A DNA stretch of 64,000 bases from Nemertoderma westbladi (Eukaryota; Animalia; Xenacoelomorpha): assembly GCA_032718475.1 (NCBI GenBank), contig JAUCBJ010005427.1:6211-70210 (forward strand). Reading direction: 5' to 3'. This document shows, in pieces, positions 37,107-51,400 of the stretch (the first letter of the stretch is position 1; each line of letters opens with the position of its first letter). Made by a program: the position numbers and the translations under genes. The notes beneath the pieces were generated by a model. The model worked only from the letters and a program-made list of their open reading frames with translations. It was not told the DNA's origin and made no database searches.

Positions 37107-40100
37107 GGTTATATTGAAAAATATCGAGACATGAAAAATATCGAGAGTATAAATAACGCGAGTAAAAACATCGAGTGTTGAAAAATATCGAGAGTAAAAA
37201 TAACGAGTGTTGAAAAATATCGAGAGTAGAAACATCGAGAGTTGAAAAATATCGAGAGTAAAAATAACGAGTGTTGAAAAATATCGAGAGTAAAAATATC
37301 GAGTGTTGAAAAATATCGAGAGCAAAAAATATCGAGAGTTGAAAAATATCGAGAGTAAAAATATCGAGTGTTGAAAAATATCGAGTGTTGAATAATATCG
37401 AGTGTTGAAAAATATCGAGAGTAAAAATATTGAGTGTTGAAAAATATCGAAAGTAAAAATATCGAGAGTAAAAATATCGAGAGTAAGAATATCGAGAGTA
37501 AAAATATCGAGAGTTGAAAAATATCGAGTGTTGAAAAATATCGAGAGTAAAAATATCGAGAGTAAAAATATCGAGAGTAAAAATATTGAGTGTTGAAAAA
37601 TATCGAGAGTAAAAAATATCGAGAGTTGAAAAATATCGAGAGTAAAAAATATCGAGTGTTGAAAAATATCGAGAGTAAAAAATATCGAGAGTTGAAAAAT
37701 ATCGAGAGTAAAAATATCGAGTGTTGAAAAATATCGAGTGTTGAAAAATATCGAGAGTAAAAATATCGAGTTTTGAAAAATATCGAGAGTAAAAATATCG
37801 AGAGTAAAAATATCGAGAGGAAAAATATCGAGAGAAAAATATCGAGTGTTGAAAAATATCGAGAGTAAAAATATCGAGAGTAAAAATATCGAGAGTAAAA
37901 ATATCGAGAGTAAAAATATCGAGAGTAAAAATGTCGAGAGTAAAAATATCGAGAGTAAAAATATCGAGAGTAAAAATATCGAGTGTTGATATTTTTCAAC
38001 ACTCGATATTTTTCAACACTCGATATTTTTCAACACTCGATATTTTTCAACACTCGATATTTTTCAACACTCGATATTTTTCAACACTCGATATTTTTCA
38101 ACACTCGATATTTTTCAACACTCGATATTTTTCAACACTCGATATTTTTCAACACTCGATATTTTTACTCTCGATATTTTTCAACACGCGTTATTTTTAC
38201 ACTCGATATTTTTCAACACTCGATATTTTTCAACACTCGATATTTTTCAACACTCGATATTTTTCAACACTCGATATTTTTACTCTCGATATTTTTCAAC
38301 ACTCGATATTTTTCAACACTCGTTATTTTTACACTCGATATTTTTCAACACTCGATGAGGGATATTTTTCAACACTCGATATTTTTCAACACTCGATATT
38401 TTTCAACACTCGATATTTTTCAACACTCGATATTTTTCAACACTCGCGATATTTTTCAACCATCGATATTTTTCAACACTCGATATTTTTCAACACTCGA
38501 TATTTTTCAACACTCGATATTTTTCAACACTCGATATTTTTCAACACTCGATATTTTTCAACACTCGATATTTTTCAACACTCGATATTTTTCAACACTC
38601 GATATTTTTCAACACTCGATATTTTTCCAACACTCGATATTTTTCAACACTCGATATTTTTCAACACTCGATATTTTTCAACACTCGATATTTTTCAACA
38701 CTCGATATTTTTCAACACTCGATATTTTTACTCTCGATATTTTTCAACTCTCGATATTTTTCAACACTCGATATTTTTCAACACTCAATATTTTTACTCT
38801 CGATATTTTTCAACACTCGATATTTTTCAACACTCGATATTTTTTAACTCTCGATATTTTTACACTCGATATTTTGCAACACTCGATATTTTTATTCTCG
38901 ATATTTTTCAACACTCGATATTTTTCAACACTCGATATTTTTCAACACTCGATATTTTTCAACACTCGATATTTTTCAACACTCGATATTTTTACTCTCG
39001 ATATTTTTCAACTCTCGATATTTTTCAACACTCGATATTTTTCAACACTCAATATTTTTACTCTCGATATTTTTCAACACTCGATATTTTTCAACACTCG
39101 ATATTTTTTAACTCTCGATATTTTTACACTCGATATTTTGCAACACTCGATATTTTTACTCTCGATATTTTTCAACACTCGATATTTTTACTCTCGATAT
39201 TTTTCAACACTCGATATTTTGCAACACTCGATATTTTTACTCTCGATATTTTTCAACACTCGATATTTTTACTCTCGATATTTTTCAACACTCGATATTT
39301 TTCAACACTCGATATTTTTCAACACTCGATATTTTTCAACACTCGATATTTTTCAACACTCGATATTTTTCAACACTCGATATTTTTACTCTCGATATTT
39401 TTCAACACTCGATATTTTTCAACACTCGATATTTTTCAACACTCGATATTTTTCAACACTCGATATTTTGCAACACTCGATATTTTTACTCTCGATATTT
39501 TTCAACACTCGATATTTTTACTCTCGATATTTTTCAACACTCGATATTTTTCAACACTCGATATTTTTCAACACTCGATATTTTTCAACACTCGATATTT
39601 TTCAACACTCGATATTTTTCAACACTCGATATTTTTACTCTCGATATTTTTCAACACTCGATATTTTTCAACACTCGATATTTTTCAACACTCGATATTT
39701 TTCAACACTCGATATTTTTCAACACTCGATATTTTTACTCTCGATATTTTTCAACACTCGATATTTTTCAACACTCGATATTTTTCAACACTCGATATTT
39801 TTCAACACTCGATATTTTTCAACACTCGATATTTTTCAACACTCGATATTTTTCAACACTCGATATTTTTCCAACACTCGATATTTTTCAACACTCGATA
39901 TTTTTCAACACTCGATATTTTTCAACACTCGATATTTTTCAACACTCGATATTTTTCAACACTCGATATTTTTACTCTCGATATTTTTCAACTCTCGATA
40001 TTTTTCAACACTCGATATTTTTCAACACTCGATATTTTTCAACACTCGATATTTTTCAACACTCAATATTTTTACTCTCGATATTTTTCAACACTCGATA

Positions 40101-40641
40101 TTTTTCAACACTCGATATTTTTTAACTCTCGATATTTTTACACTCGATATTTTGCAACACTCGATATTTTTATTCTCGATATTTTTCAACACTCGATATT
40201 TTTCAACACTCGATATTTTTTAACTCTCGATATTTTTACACTCGATATTTTGCAACACTCGATATTTTTACTCTCGATATTTTTCAACACTCGATATTTT
40301 TACTCTCGATATTTTTCAACACTCGATATTTTTCAACACTCGATATTTTTCAACACTCGATATTTTTCAACACTCGATATTTTTCAACACTCGATATTTT
40401 TCAACACTCGATATTTTTCAACACTCGATATTTTTACTCTCGATATTTTTCAACACTCGATATTTTGCAACACTCGATATTTTTACTCTCGATATTTTTC
40501 AACACTCGATATTTTTACTCTCGATATTTTTCAACACTCGATATTTTTCAACACTCGATATTTTTCAACACTCGATATTTTTCAACACTCGATATTTTTC
40601 AACACTCGATATTTTTACTCTCGATATTCTTCACCATTACC
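37107..40641. mobile_element. Foldback-type element made of head-to-head arrays of 17-bp (TCGATATTTTTCAACAC) and 15-bp (TCGATATTTTTACTC) units
   Basis: Orientation flips at about 37989-37996; ends GGTTATATTGAAAAATATCGAGA and TCTCGATATTCTTCACCATTACC; near-TSD AAACAATT (37099-37106) / AAACAATA (40642-40649). Confidence 0.8.
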
Positions 40642-40853
40642 AAACAATAATTACAATAATGTAATTAAATATATAAGTAGCCAACTTTGTATCATTTTGT
40701 AGCTTCGCTTGTAATACGTTGGATTTCACCACATTAGGTGGGACTGGACTCTCTATTCTATTTATTTTGATTTAGTGTATTAATATTTAATTAGCTGTGA
40801 TTTTGATACCGGTGCGGTAGTGATTTGTATTTCAATATATTGTATAAATGAAA

Positions 40854-41857
40854 AATTCCAACTTACACGATGCCACGGAATATAGTGTGTAATTCCAACT
40901 TACACGATGCCACGGAATATAGTGTGTAATTCCAACTTACACGATGCCACGGAATATAGTGTGTAATTCCAACTTACACGATGCCACGGAATATAGTGTG
41001 TAATTCCAACTTACACGATGCCACGGAATATAGTGTGTAATTCCAACTTACACGATGCCACGGAATATAGTGTGTAATTCCAACTTACACGATGCCACGG
41101 AATATAGTGTGTAATTCCAACTTACACGATGCCCCGGAATATAGTGTGTAATTCCAACTTACACGATGCCCCGGAATATAGTGTGTAATTCCAACTTACA
41201 CGATGCCACGGAATATAGTGTGTAATTCCAACTTACACGATGCCACGGAATATAGTGTGTAATTCCAACTTACACGATGCCACGGAATATAGTGTGTAAT
41301 TCCAACTTACACGATGCCACGGAATATAGTGTGTAATTCCAACTTACACGATGCCACGGAATATAGTGTGTAATTCCAACTTACACGATGCCACGGAATA
41401 TAGTGTGTAATTCCAACTTACACGATGCCACGGAATATAGTGTGTAATTCCAACTTACACGATGCCACGGAATATAGTGTGTAATTCCAACTTACACGAT
41501 GCCACGGAATATAGTGTGTAATTCCAACTTACACGATGCCACGGAATATAGTGTGTAATTCCAACTTACACGATGCCACGGAATATAGTGTGTAATTCCA
41601 ACTTACACGATGCCACGGAATATAGTGTGTAATTCCAACTTACACGATGCCCCGGAATATAGTGTGTAATTCCAACTTACACGATGCCCCGGAATATAGT
41701 GTGTAATTCCAACTTACACGATGCCACGGAATATAGTGTGTAATTCCAACTTACACGATGCCACGGAATATAGTGTGTAATTCCAACTTACACGATGCCA
41801 CGGAATATAGTGTGTAATTCCAACTTACACGATGCCACGGAATATAGTGTGTAATTC
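40854..41857. repeat. 37-bp minisatellite AATTCCAACTTACACGATGCCACGGAATATAGTGTGT, about 27 copies
   Basis: Nearly invariant tandem array with one A/C variant; no spacers. Confidence 0.98.
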
Positions 41858-42453
41858 AAATTCAATGACACAGTTTTAATTTAGCGCCATTGCTATTTGA
41901 GATAGCTTGTGTTACTTCAGTACCTAATGAAATTAAAATTAATACATATGTTTTCTAAATTAATTAATTACATATCATAATTACATATGATTACGTAAAT
42001 AAAGTTATTTTCGGTAAAGTAAACTTATCATTCGAGGTTAAGACCCCTAGATCCCTTCCTATAATAAATGTATATTAAATAGGTTGAAAGAGCATCGACG
42101 TATAAAAGGTTTGCAGGTAATTTGAGCAAAATCCATTCACACACCCAAAAGTTATTATAATTGAATGGATGCGTGACTAGCCCCACATCGTGCACCCACC
42201 CTCGCTCTGGTCAGGTTATCGATACCGCAACCTTGCCGGTAATGGATATCGGGACTCAACGGTGGAGCTATGCCGTTGTCGTCTCACATTTTTTCCTATG
42301 GCTACTCCCTGTATACCAAATGACAGTATTGCTCCCTCGCGGGGAGGTAAGATTTGTACCGGATACTCGCTGCAGGTTGACCCCTGTCCTAATGGGGTAT
42401 AATTTACCAAAAAGTTTAGATATATATATGAAGTTCGAAACTTAATTAAAATT

Positions 42454-45400
42454 TAATTATAGTATAGTATATCGGGTCTGGTGTAGCTAATTATAGTATC
42501 TCTGGTCTGGTGTAGCTAATTATACTATATCGGGTCTGGTGTAGCTAATTATAGTATCTCGGGTCTGGTGTAGCTAATTATAGTATCTCTGGTCTGGTGT
42601 AGCTAATTATACTATATCGGGTCTGGTGAAGCTAATTATAGTATATCGGGTCTGGTGTAGCTAATTATAGTATCTCGGGTCTGGTGTAGCTAATTATAGT
42701 ATCTCTGGTCTGGTGTAGCTAATTATAGTATCTCGGGTCTGGTGTAGCTTATTATAGTATATCGGGTCTGGTGTAGCTAATTATAGTATCTCGGGTCTGG
42801 TGTAGCTAATTATAGTATATCGGGTCTGGTGTAGCTAATTATAGTATCCCGGGTCTGGTGTAGCTAATTATAGTATCTCGGGTCTGGTGTAGCTTATTAT
42901 AGTATATCGGGTCTGGTGTAGCTAATTATAGTATCTCGGGTCTGGTGTAGCTAATTATAGTATCTCGGTCTGGTGTAGCTAATTATAGTATCTCGGGTCT
43001 GGTGTAGCTAATTATAGTATATCGGGTCTGGTGTAGCTAATTATAGTATCTCGGGTCTGGTGTAGCTAATTATAGTATCTCTGGTCTGGTGTAGCTAATT
43101 ATAGTATCTCGGGTCTGGTGTAGCTTATTATAGTATATCGGGTCTGGTGTAGCTAATTATAGTATCTCGGGTCTGGTGTAGCTAATTATAGTATCTCGGG
43201 TCTGGTGTAGCTAATTATAGTATCTCGGGTCTGGTGTAGCTAATTATAGTATCTCGGGTCTGGTGTAGCTTATTATAGTATATCGGGTCTGGTGTAGCTA
43301 ATTATAGTATCTCGGGTCTGGTGTAGCTAATTATAGTATCTCGGGTCTGGTGTAGCTTATTATAGTATATCGGGTCTGGTGTAGCTTATTATAGTATATC
43401 GGGTCTGGTGAGCTAATTATAGTATCTCGGGTCTGGTGTAGCTAATTATAGTATCTCTGGTCTGGTGTAGCTAATTATAGTATATCGGGTCTGGTGTAGC
43501 TAATTATAGTATCTCGGGTCTGGTGTAGCTAATTATAGTATATCGGGTCTGGTGTAGCTAATTATAGTATATCGGGTCTGGTGTAGCTAATTATAGTATA
43601 TCGGGTCTGGTGTAGCTAATTATAGTATCTCGGGTCTGGTGTAGCTAATTATAGTATCTCGGGTCTGGTGTAGCTAATTATAGTATCTCGGGTCTGGTGT
43701 AGCTAATTATAGTATCTCGGGTCTGGTGTAGCTAATTATAGTATAGTATATCGGGTCTGGTGTAGCTAATTATAGTATCTCTGGTCTGGTGTAGCTAATT
43801 ATAGTATATCGGGTCTGGTGTAGCTAATTATAGTATCTCGGGTCTGGTGTAGCTAATTATTGTATCTCTGGTCTGGTGTAGCTAATTATAGTATATCGGG
43901 TCTGGTGTAGCTGATTATAGTATCTCGGGTCTGGTGTAGCTAATTATAGTATCTCGGGTCTGGTGTAGCTAATTATAGTATATCGGGTCTGGTGTAGCTA
44001 ATTATAGTATATCGGGTCTGGTGTAGCTAATTATAGTATATCGGGTCTGGTGTAGCTGATTATAGTATCTCGGGTCTGGTGTAGCTAATTATAGTATCTC
44101 GGGTCTGGTGTAGCTAATTATAGTATCTCGGGTCTGGTGTAGCTAATTATTGTATCTCTGGTCTGGTGTAGCTAATTATAGTATATCGGGTCTGGTGTAG
44201 CTAATTATAGTATCTCGGGTCTGGTGTAGCTGATTATTGTATCTCTGGTCTGGTGTAGCTAATTATAGTATATCGGGTCTGGTGTAGCTAATTATAGTAT
44301 ATCGGGTCTGGTGTAGCTAATTATAGTATCTCGGGTCTGGTGTAGCTGATTATAGTATCTCGGGTCTGGTGTAGCTAATTATAGTATATCGGATCTGGTG
44401 TAGCTAATTATAGTATCTCTGGTCTGGTGTAGCTAATTATAGTATATCGGGTCTGGTGTAGCTGATTATAGTATCTCGGGTCTGGTGTAGCTAATTATAG
44501 TATCTCGGGTCTGGTGTAGCTAATTATAGTATCTCGGGTCTGGTGTAGCTAATTATTGTATCTCTGGTCTGGTGTAGCTAATTATAGTATATCGGGTCTG
44601 GTGTAGCTAATTATAGTATCTCGGGTCTGGTGTAGCTGATTATTGTATCTCTGGTCTGGTGTAGCTAATTATAGTATATCGGGTCTGGTGTAGCTAATTA
44701 TAGTATATCGGGTCTGGTGTAGCTAATTATAGTATCTCGGGTCTGGTGTAGCTGATTATAGTATCTCGGGTCTGGTGTAGCTAATTATAGTATATCGGAT
44801 CTGGTGTAGCTGATTATAGTATCTCGGGTCTGGTGTAGCTAATTATAGTATCTCGGGTCTGGTGTAGCTAATTATAGTATCTCGGGTCTGGTGTAGCTAA
44901 TTATTGTATCTCTGGTCTGGTATAGCTAATTATAGTATATCGGGTCTGGTGTAGCTAATTATAGTATATCGGGTCTGGTGTAGCTAATTATAGTATATCG
45001 GGTCTGGTGTAGCTAATTATAGTATATCGGGTCTGGTGTAGCTAATTATAGTATCTCGGGTCTGGTGTAGCTAATTATAGTATATCGGGTCTGGTGTAGC
45101 TAATTATAGTATATCGGGTCTGGTGTAGCTAATTATAGTATATCGGGTCTGGTGTAGCTAATTATAGTATCTCGGGTCTGGTGTAGCTAATTATAGTATC
45201 TCGGGTCTGGTGTAGCTAATTATAGTATCTCGGGTCTGGTGTAGCTGATTATTGTATCTCTGGTCTGGTGTAGCTAATTATAGTATATCGGGTCTGGTGT
45301 AGCTAATTATAGTATATCGGGTCTGGTGTAGCTAATTATAGTATCTCTGGTCTGGTGTAGCTAATTATAGTATATCGGGTCTGGTGTAGCTGATTATAGT

Positions 45401-48400
45401 ATCTCGGGTCTGGTGTAGCTAATTATAGTATCTCGGGTCTGGTGTAGCTAATTATAGTATCTCGGGTCTGGTGTAGCTAATTATTGTATCTCTGGTCTGG
45501 TGTAGCTAATTATAGTATATCGGGTCTGGTGTAGCTAATTATAGTATATCGGGTCTGGTGTAGCTAATTATAGTATATCGGGTCTGGTGTAGCTAATTAT
45601 AGTATATCGGGTCTGGTGTAGCTAATTATAGTATATCGGGTCTGGTGTAGCTAATTATAGTATATCGGGTCTGGTGTAGCTAATTATAGTATCTCGGGTC
45701 TGGTGTAGCTAATTATAGTATATCGGGTCTGGTGTAGCTAATTATAGTATCTCGGTTCTGGTGTAGCTAATTATAGTATATCGGGTCTGGTGTAGCTAAT
45801 TATAGTATATCGGGTCTGGTGTAGCTAATTATAGTATATCGGGTCTGGTGTAGCTAATTATAGTATCTCGGGTCTGGTGTAGCTAATTATAGTATATCGG
45901 GTCTGGTGTAGCTAATTATAGTATATCGGGTCTGGTGTAGCTAATTATAGTATATCGGGTCTGGTGTAGCTAATTATAGTATCTCGGGTCTGGTGTAGCT
46001 AATTATAGTATCTCGGGTCTGGTGTAGCTAATTATAGTATCTCTGGTCTAGTGTAGCTAATTATAGTATATCGGGTCTGGTGTAGCTAATTATAGTATAT
46101 CGGGTCTGGTGTAGCTAATTATAGTATCTCGGGTCTGGTGTAGCTAATTATAGTATATCGGGTCTGGTGTAGCTAATTATAGTATATCGGATCTGGTGTA
46201 GCTGATTATAGTATCTCGGGTCTGGTGTAGCTAATTATAGTATCTCGGGTCTGGTGTAGCTAATTATAGTATCTCGGGTCTGGTGTAGCTAATTATTGTA
46301 TCTCTGGTCTGGTATAGCTAATTATAGTATATCGGGTCTGGTGTAGCTAATTATAGTATATCGGGTCTGGTGTAGCTAATTATAGTATATCGGGTCTGGT
46401 GTAGCTAATTATAGTATATCGGGTCTGGTGTAGCTAATTATAGTATCTCGGGTCTGGTGTAGCTAATTATAGTATATCGGGTCTGGTGTAGCTAATTATA
46501 GTATATCGGGTCTGGTGTAGCTAATTATAGTATCTCGGGTCTGGTGTAGCTAATTATAGTATCTCGGGTCTGGTGTAGCTAATTATAGTATCTCGGGTCT
46601 GGTGTAGCTGATTATTGTATCTCTGGTCTGGTGTAGCTAATTATAGTATATCGGGTCTGGTGTAGCTAATTATAGTATCTCTGGTCTGGTGTAGCTAATT
46701 ATAGTATATCGGGTCTGGTGTAGCTGATTATAGTATCTCGGGTCTGGTGTAGCTAATTATAGTATCTCGGTTCTGGTGTAGCTAATTATAGTATATCGGG
46801 TCTGGTGTAGCTAATTATAGTATCTCGGGTCTGGTGTAGCTAATTATAGTATATCGGGTCTGGTGTAGCTAATTATAGTATATCGGGTCTGGTGTAGCTA
46901 ATTATAGTATCTCGGGTCTGGTGTAGCTAATTATAGTATCTCGGGTCTGGTGTAGCTAATTATAGTATCTCGGGTCTGGTGTAGCTGATTATTGTATCTC
47001 TGGTCTGGTGTAGCTAATTATAGTATATCGGGTCTGGTGTAGCTAATTATAGTATCTCGGGTCTGGTGTAGCTAATTATAGTATCTCGGGTCTGGTGTAG
47101 CTAATTATAGTATATCGGGTCTGGTGTAGCTGATTATAGTATCTCGGGTCTGGTGTAGCTAATTATAGTATCTCGGGTCTGGTGTAGCTAATTATAGTAT
47201 ATCGGGTCTGGTGTAGCTAATTATAGTATATCGGGTCTGGTGTAGCTAATTATAGTATCTCGGGTCTGGTGTAGCTAATTATAGTATATCGGGTCTGGTG
47301 TAGCTAATTATAGTATATCGGGACTGGTGTAGCTAATTATAGTATCTCTGGTCTGGTGTAGCTAATTATAGTATATCGGGTCTGGTGTAGCTGATTATAG
47401 TATCTCGGGTCTGGTGTAGCTAATTATAGTATCTCGGGTCTGGTGTAGCTAATTATAGTATCTCTGGTCTGGTGTAGCTAATTATAGTATATCGGCTCTG
47501 GTGTAGCTAATTATAGTATCTCTGGTCTGGTGTAGCTAATTATAGTATCTCGGGTCTGGTGTAGCTGATTATAGTATCTCGGGTCTGGTGTAGCTAATTA
47601 TAGTATATCGGGTCTGGTGTAGCTGATTATTGTATCTCTGGTCTGGTGTAGCTAATTATAGTATCTCGGGTCTGGTGTAGCTAATTATTGTATCTCTGGT
47701 CTGGTGTAGCTAATTATAGTATATCGGGTCTGGTGTAGCTAATTATAGTATATCGGGTCTGGTGTAGCTAATTATAGTATATCGGGTCTGGTGTAGCTAA
47801 TTATAGTATATCGGGTCTGGTGTAGCTAATTATAGTATATCGGGTCTGGTGTAGCTAATTATAGTATCTCGGGTCTGGTGTAGCTAATTATAGTATATCG
47901 GGTCTGGTGTAGCTAATTATAGTATATCGGGTCTGGTGTAGCTAATTATAGTATCTCGGGTCTGGTGTAGCTAATTATAGTATCTCGGGTCTGGTGTAGC
48001 TAATTATAGTATCTCGGGTCTGGTGTAGCTAATTATAGTATCTCGGGTCTGGTGTAGCTGATTATTGTATCTCTGGTCTGGTGTAGCTAATTATAGTATC
48101 TCGGGTCTGGTGTAGCTAATTATAGTATCTCGGGTCTGGTGTAGCTAATTATAGTATCTCGGGTCTGGTGTAGCTGATTATTGTATCTCTGGTCTGGTGT
48201 AGCTAATTATAGTATATCGGGTCTGGTGTAGCTAATTATAGTATCTCGGGTCTGGTGTAGCTAATTATAGTATCTCGGGTCTGGTGTAGCTAATTATAGT
48301 ATATCGGGTCTGGTGTAGCTGATTATAGTATCTCGGGTCTGGTGTAGCTAATTATAGTATCTCGGGTCTGGTGTAGCTAATTATAGTATATCGGGTCTGG

Positions 48401-51400
48401 TGTAGCTAATTATAGTATATCGGGTCTGGTGTAGCTAATTATAGTATCTCGGGTCTGGTGTAGCTAATTATAGTATATCGGGTCTGGTGTAGCTAATTAT
48501 AGTATATCGGGTCTGGTGTAGCTAATTATAGTATCTCTGGTCTGGTGTAGCTAATTATAGTATATCGGGTCTGGTGTAGCTGATTATAGTATCTCGGGTC
48601 TGGTGTAGCTAATTATAGTATCTCGGGTCTGGTGTAGCTAATTATAGTATCTCTGGTCTGGTGTAGCTAATTATAGTATATCGGCTCTGGTGTAGCTAAT
48701 TATAGTATCTCTGGTCTGGTGTAGCTAATTATAGTATCTCGGGTCTGGTGTAGCTGATTATAGTATCTCGGGTCTGGTGTAGCTAATTATAGTATATCGG
48801 GTCTGGTGTAGCTGATTATTGTATCTCTGGTCTGGTGTAGCTAATTATAGTATCTCGGGTCTGGTGTAGCTAATTATTGTATCTCTGGTCTGGTGTAGCT
48901 AATTATAGTATATCGGGTCTGGTGTAGCTAATTATAGTATATCGGGTCTGGTGTAGCTAATTATAGTATATCGGGTCTGGTGTAGCTAATTATAGTATAT
49001 CGGGTCTGGTGTAGCTAATTATAGTATATCGGGTCTGGTGTAGCTAATTATAGTATCTCGGGTCTGGTGTAGCTAATTATAGTATATCGGGTCTGGTGTA
49101 GCTAATTATAGTATCTCGGTTCTGGTGTAGCTAATTATAGTATCTCGGGTCTGGTGTAGCTAATTATAGTATATCGGGTCTGGTGTAGCTAATTATAGTA
49201 TCTCGGGTCTGGTGTAGCTAATTATAGTATATCGGGTCTGGTGTAGCTAATTATAGTATATCGGGTCTGGTGTAGCTAATTATAGTATATCGGGTCTGGT
49301 GTAGCTAATTATAGTATATCGGGTCTGGTGTAGCTAATTATAGTATATCGGGTCTGGTGTAGCTAATTATAGTATCTCGGGTCTGGTGTAGCTAATTATA
49401 GTATATCGGGTCTGGTGTAGCTAATTATAGTATATCGGGTCTGGTGTAGCTAATTATAGTATATCGGGTCTGGTGTAGCTAATTATAGTATATCGGGTCT
49501 GGTGTAGCTAATTATAGTATCTCGGGTCTGGTGTAGCTAATTATAGTATATCGGGTCTGGTGTAGCTAATTATAGTATATCGGGTCTGGTGTAGCTAATT
49601 ATAGTATATCGGGTCTGGTGTAGCTAATTATAGTATCTCGGGTCTGGTGTAGCTAATTATAGTATATCGGGTCTGGTGTAGCTAATTATAGTATCTCGGG
49701 TCTGGTGTAGCTAATTATAGTATATCGGGTCTGGTGTAGCTAATTATAGTATATCGGGTCTGGTGTAGCTAATTATAGTATATCGGGTCTGGTGTAGCTA
49801 ATTATAGTATATCGGGTCTGGTGTAGCTAATTATAGTATCTCGGGTCTGGTGTAGCTAATTATAGTATATCGGGTCTGGTGTAGCTAATTATAGTATCTC
49901 GGGTCTGGTGTAGCTAATTATAGTATCTCGGGTCTGGTGTAGCTAATTATAGTATCTCGGGTCTGGTGTAGCTGATTATTGTATCTCTGGTCTGGTGTAG
50001 CTAATTATAGTATCTCGGGTCTGGTGTAGCTAATTATAGTATATCGGGTCTGGTAGAGCTAATTATAGTATAGTATCTCTGGTCTGGTGTAGCTAATTAT
50101 AGTATATCGGGTCTGGTGTAGCTAATTATAGTATCTCTGGTCTGGTGTAGCTAATTATAGTATCTCGGATCTGGTGTAGCTAATTATAGTATATCGGGTC
50201 TGGTGTAGCTAATTATAGTATATCGGGTCTGGTGTAGCTAATTATAGTATCTCTGGTCTGGTGTAGCTAATTATAGTATATCGGCTCTGGTGTAGCTAAT
50301 TATAGTATATCGGGTCTGGTAGAGCTAATTATAGTATATCGGGTCTGGTGTAGCTAATTATAGTATCTCGGGTCTGGTGTAGCTAATTATAGTATCTCGG
50401 GTCTGGTGTAGCTAATTATAGTATCTCGGGTCTGGTGTAGCTAATTATAGTATCTCTGGTCTGGTGTAGCTAATTATAGTATCTCGGGTCTGGTGTAGCT
50501 AATTATAGTATATCGGGTCTGGTGTAGCTAATTATAGTATCTCGGGTCTGGTGTAGCTAATTATAGTATCTCTGGTCTGGTGTAGCTAATTATAGTATCT
50601 CGGGTCTGGTGTAGCTAATTATAGTATATCGGGTCTGGTGTAGCTAATTATAGTATATCGGGTCTGGTGTAGCTAATTATAGTATATCGGGTCTGGTGTA
50701 GCTAATTATAGTATCTCGGGTCTGGTGTAGCTAATTATAGTATCTCTGGTCTGGTGTAGCTAATTATAGTATCTCGGGTCTGGTGTAGCTAATTATAGTA
50801 TATCGGGTCTGGTGTAGCTAATTGTAGTATATCGGGTCTGGTGTAGCTAATTATAGTATATCGGGTCTGGTGTAGCTAATTATAGTATATCGGGTCTGGT
50901 GTAGCTAATTATAGTATCTCGGGTCTGGTGTAGCTAATTATAGTATCTCGGTTCTGGTGTAGCTAATTATAGTATCTCGGTTCTGGTGTAGCTGATTATA
51001 GTATCTCTGGTCTGGTGTAGCTAATTATAGTATATCGTGTCTGGTGTAGCTAATTATAGTATCGCGGGTCTGGTGTAGCTAATTATAGTATCTCGGGTCT
51101 GGTGTAGCTTATTATAGTATATCGGGTCTGGTGTAGCTAATTATAGTATCTCGGGTCTGGTGTAGCTAATTATAGTATCTCTGGTCTGGTGTAGCTAATT
51201 ATAGTATCGCGGGTCTGGTGTAGCTAATTATAGTATCGCGGGTCTGGTGTAGCTAATTATAGTATCTCGGGTCTGGTGTAGCTTATTATAGTATATCGGG
51301 TCTGGTGTAGCTAATTATAGTATCTCGGGTCTGGTGTAGCTAATTATAGTATCTCTGGTCTGGTGTAGCTAATTATAGTATCGCGGGTCTGGTGTAGCTA

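Noticed and set aside
37089-40702. ORFs of 923, 746 and 297 aa (FFNTRYFSTLDIFQHSI repeats)
   Set aside because: The 17-bp unit has no stop in any frame on one strand; repeat artefact
40854-41857. CRISPR-like 37-bp partly palindromic repeat (also the 29-, 49- and 52-bp arrays)
   Set aside because: No unique spacers, no cas genes, and a eukaryotic spliced-gene context
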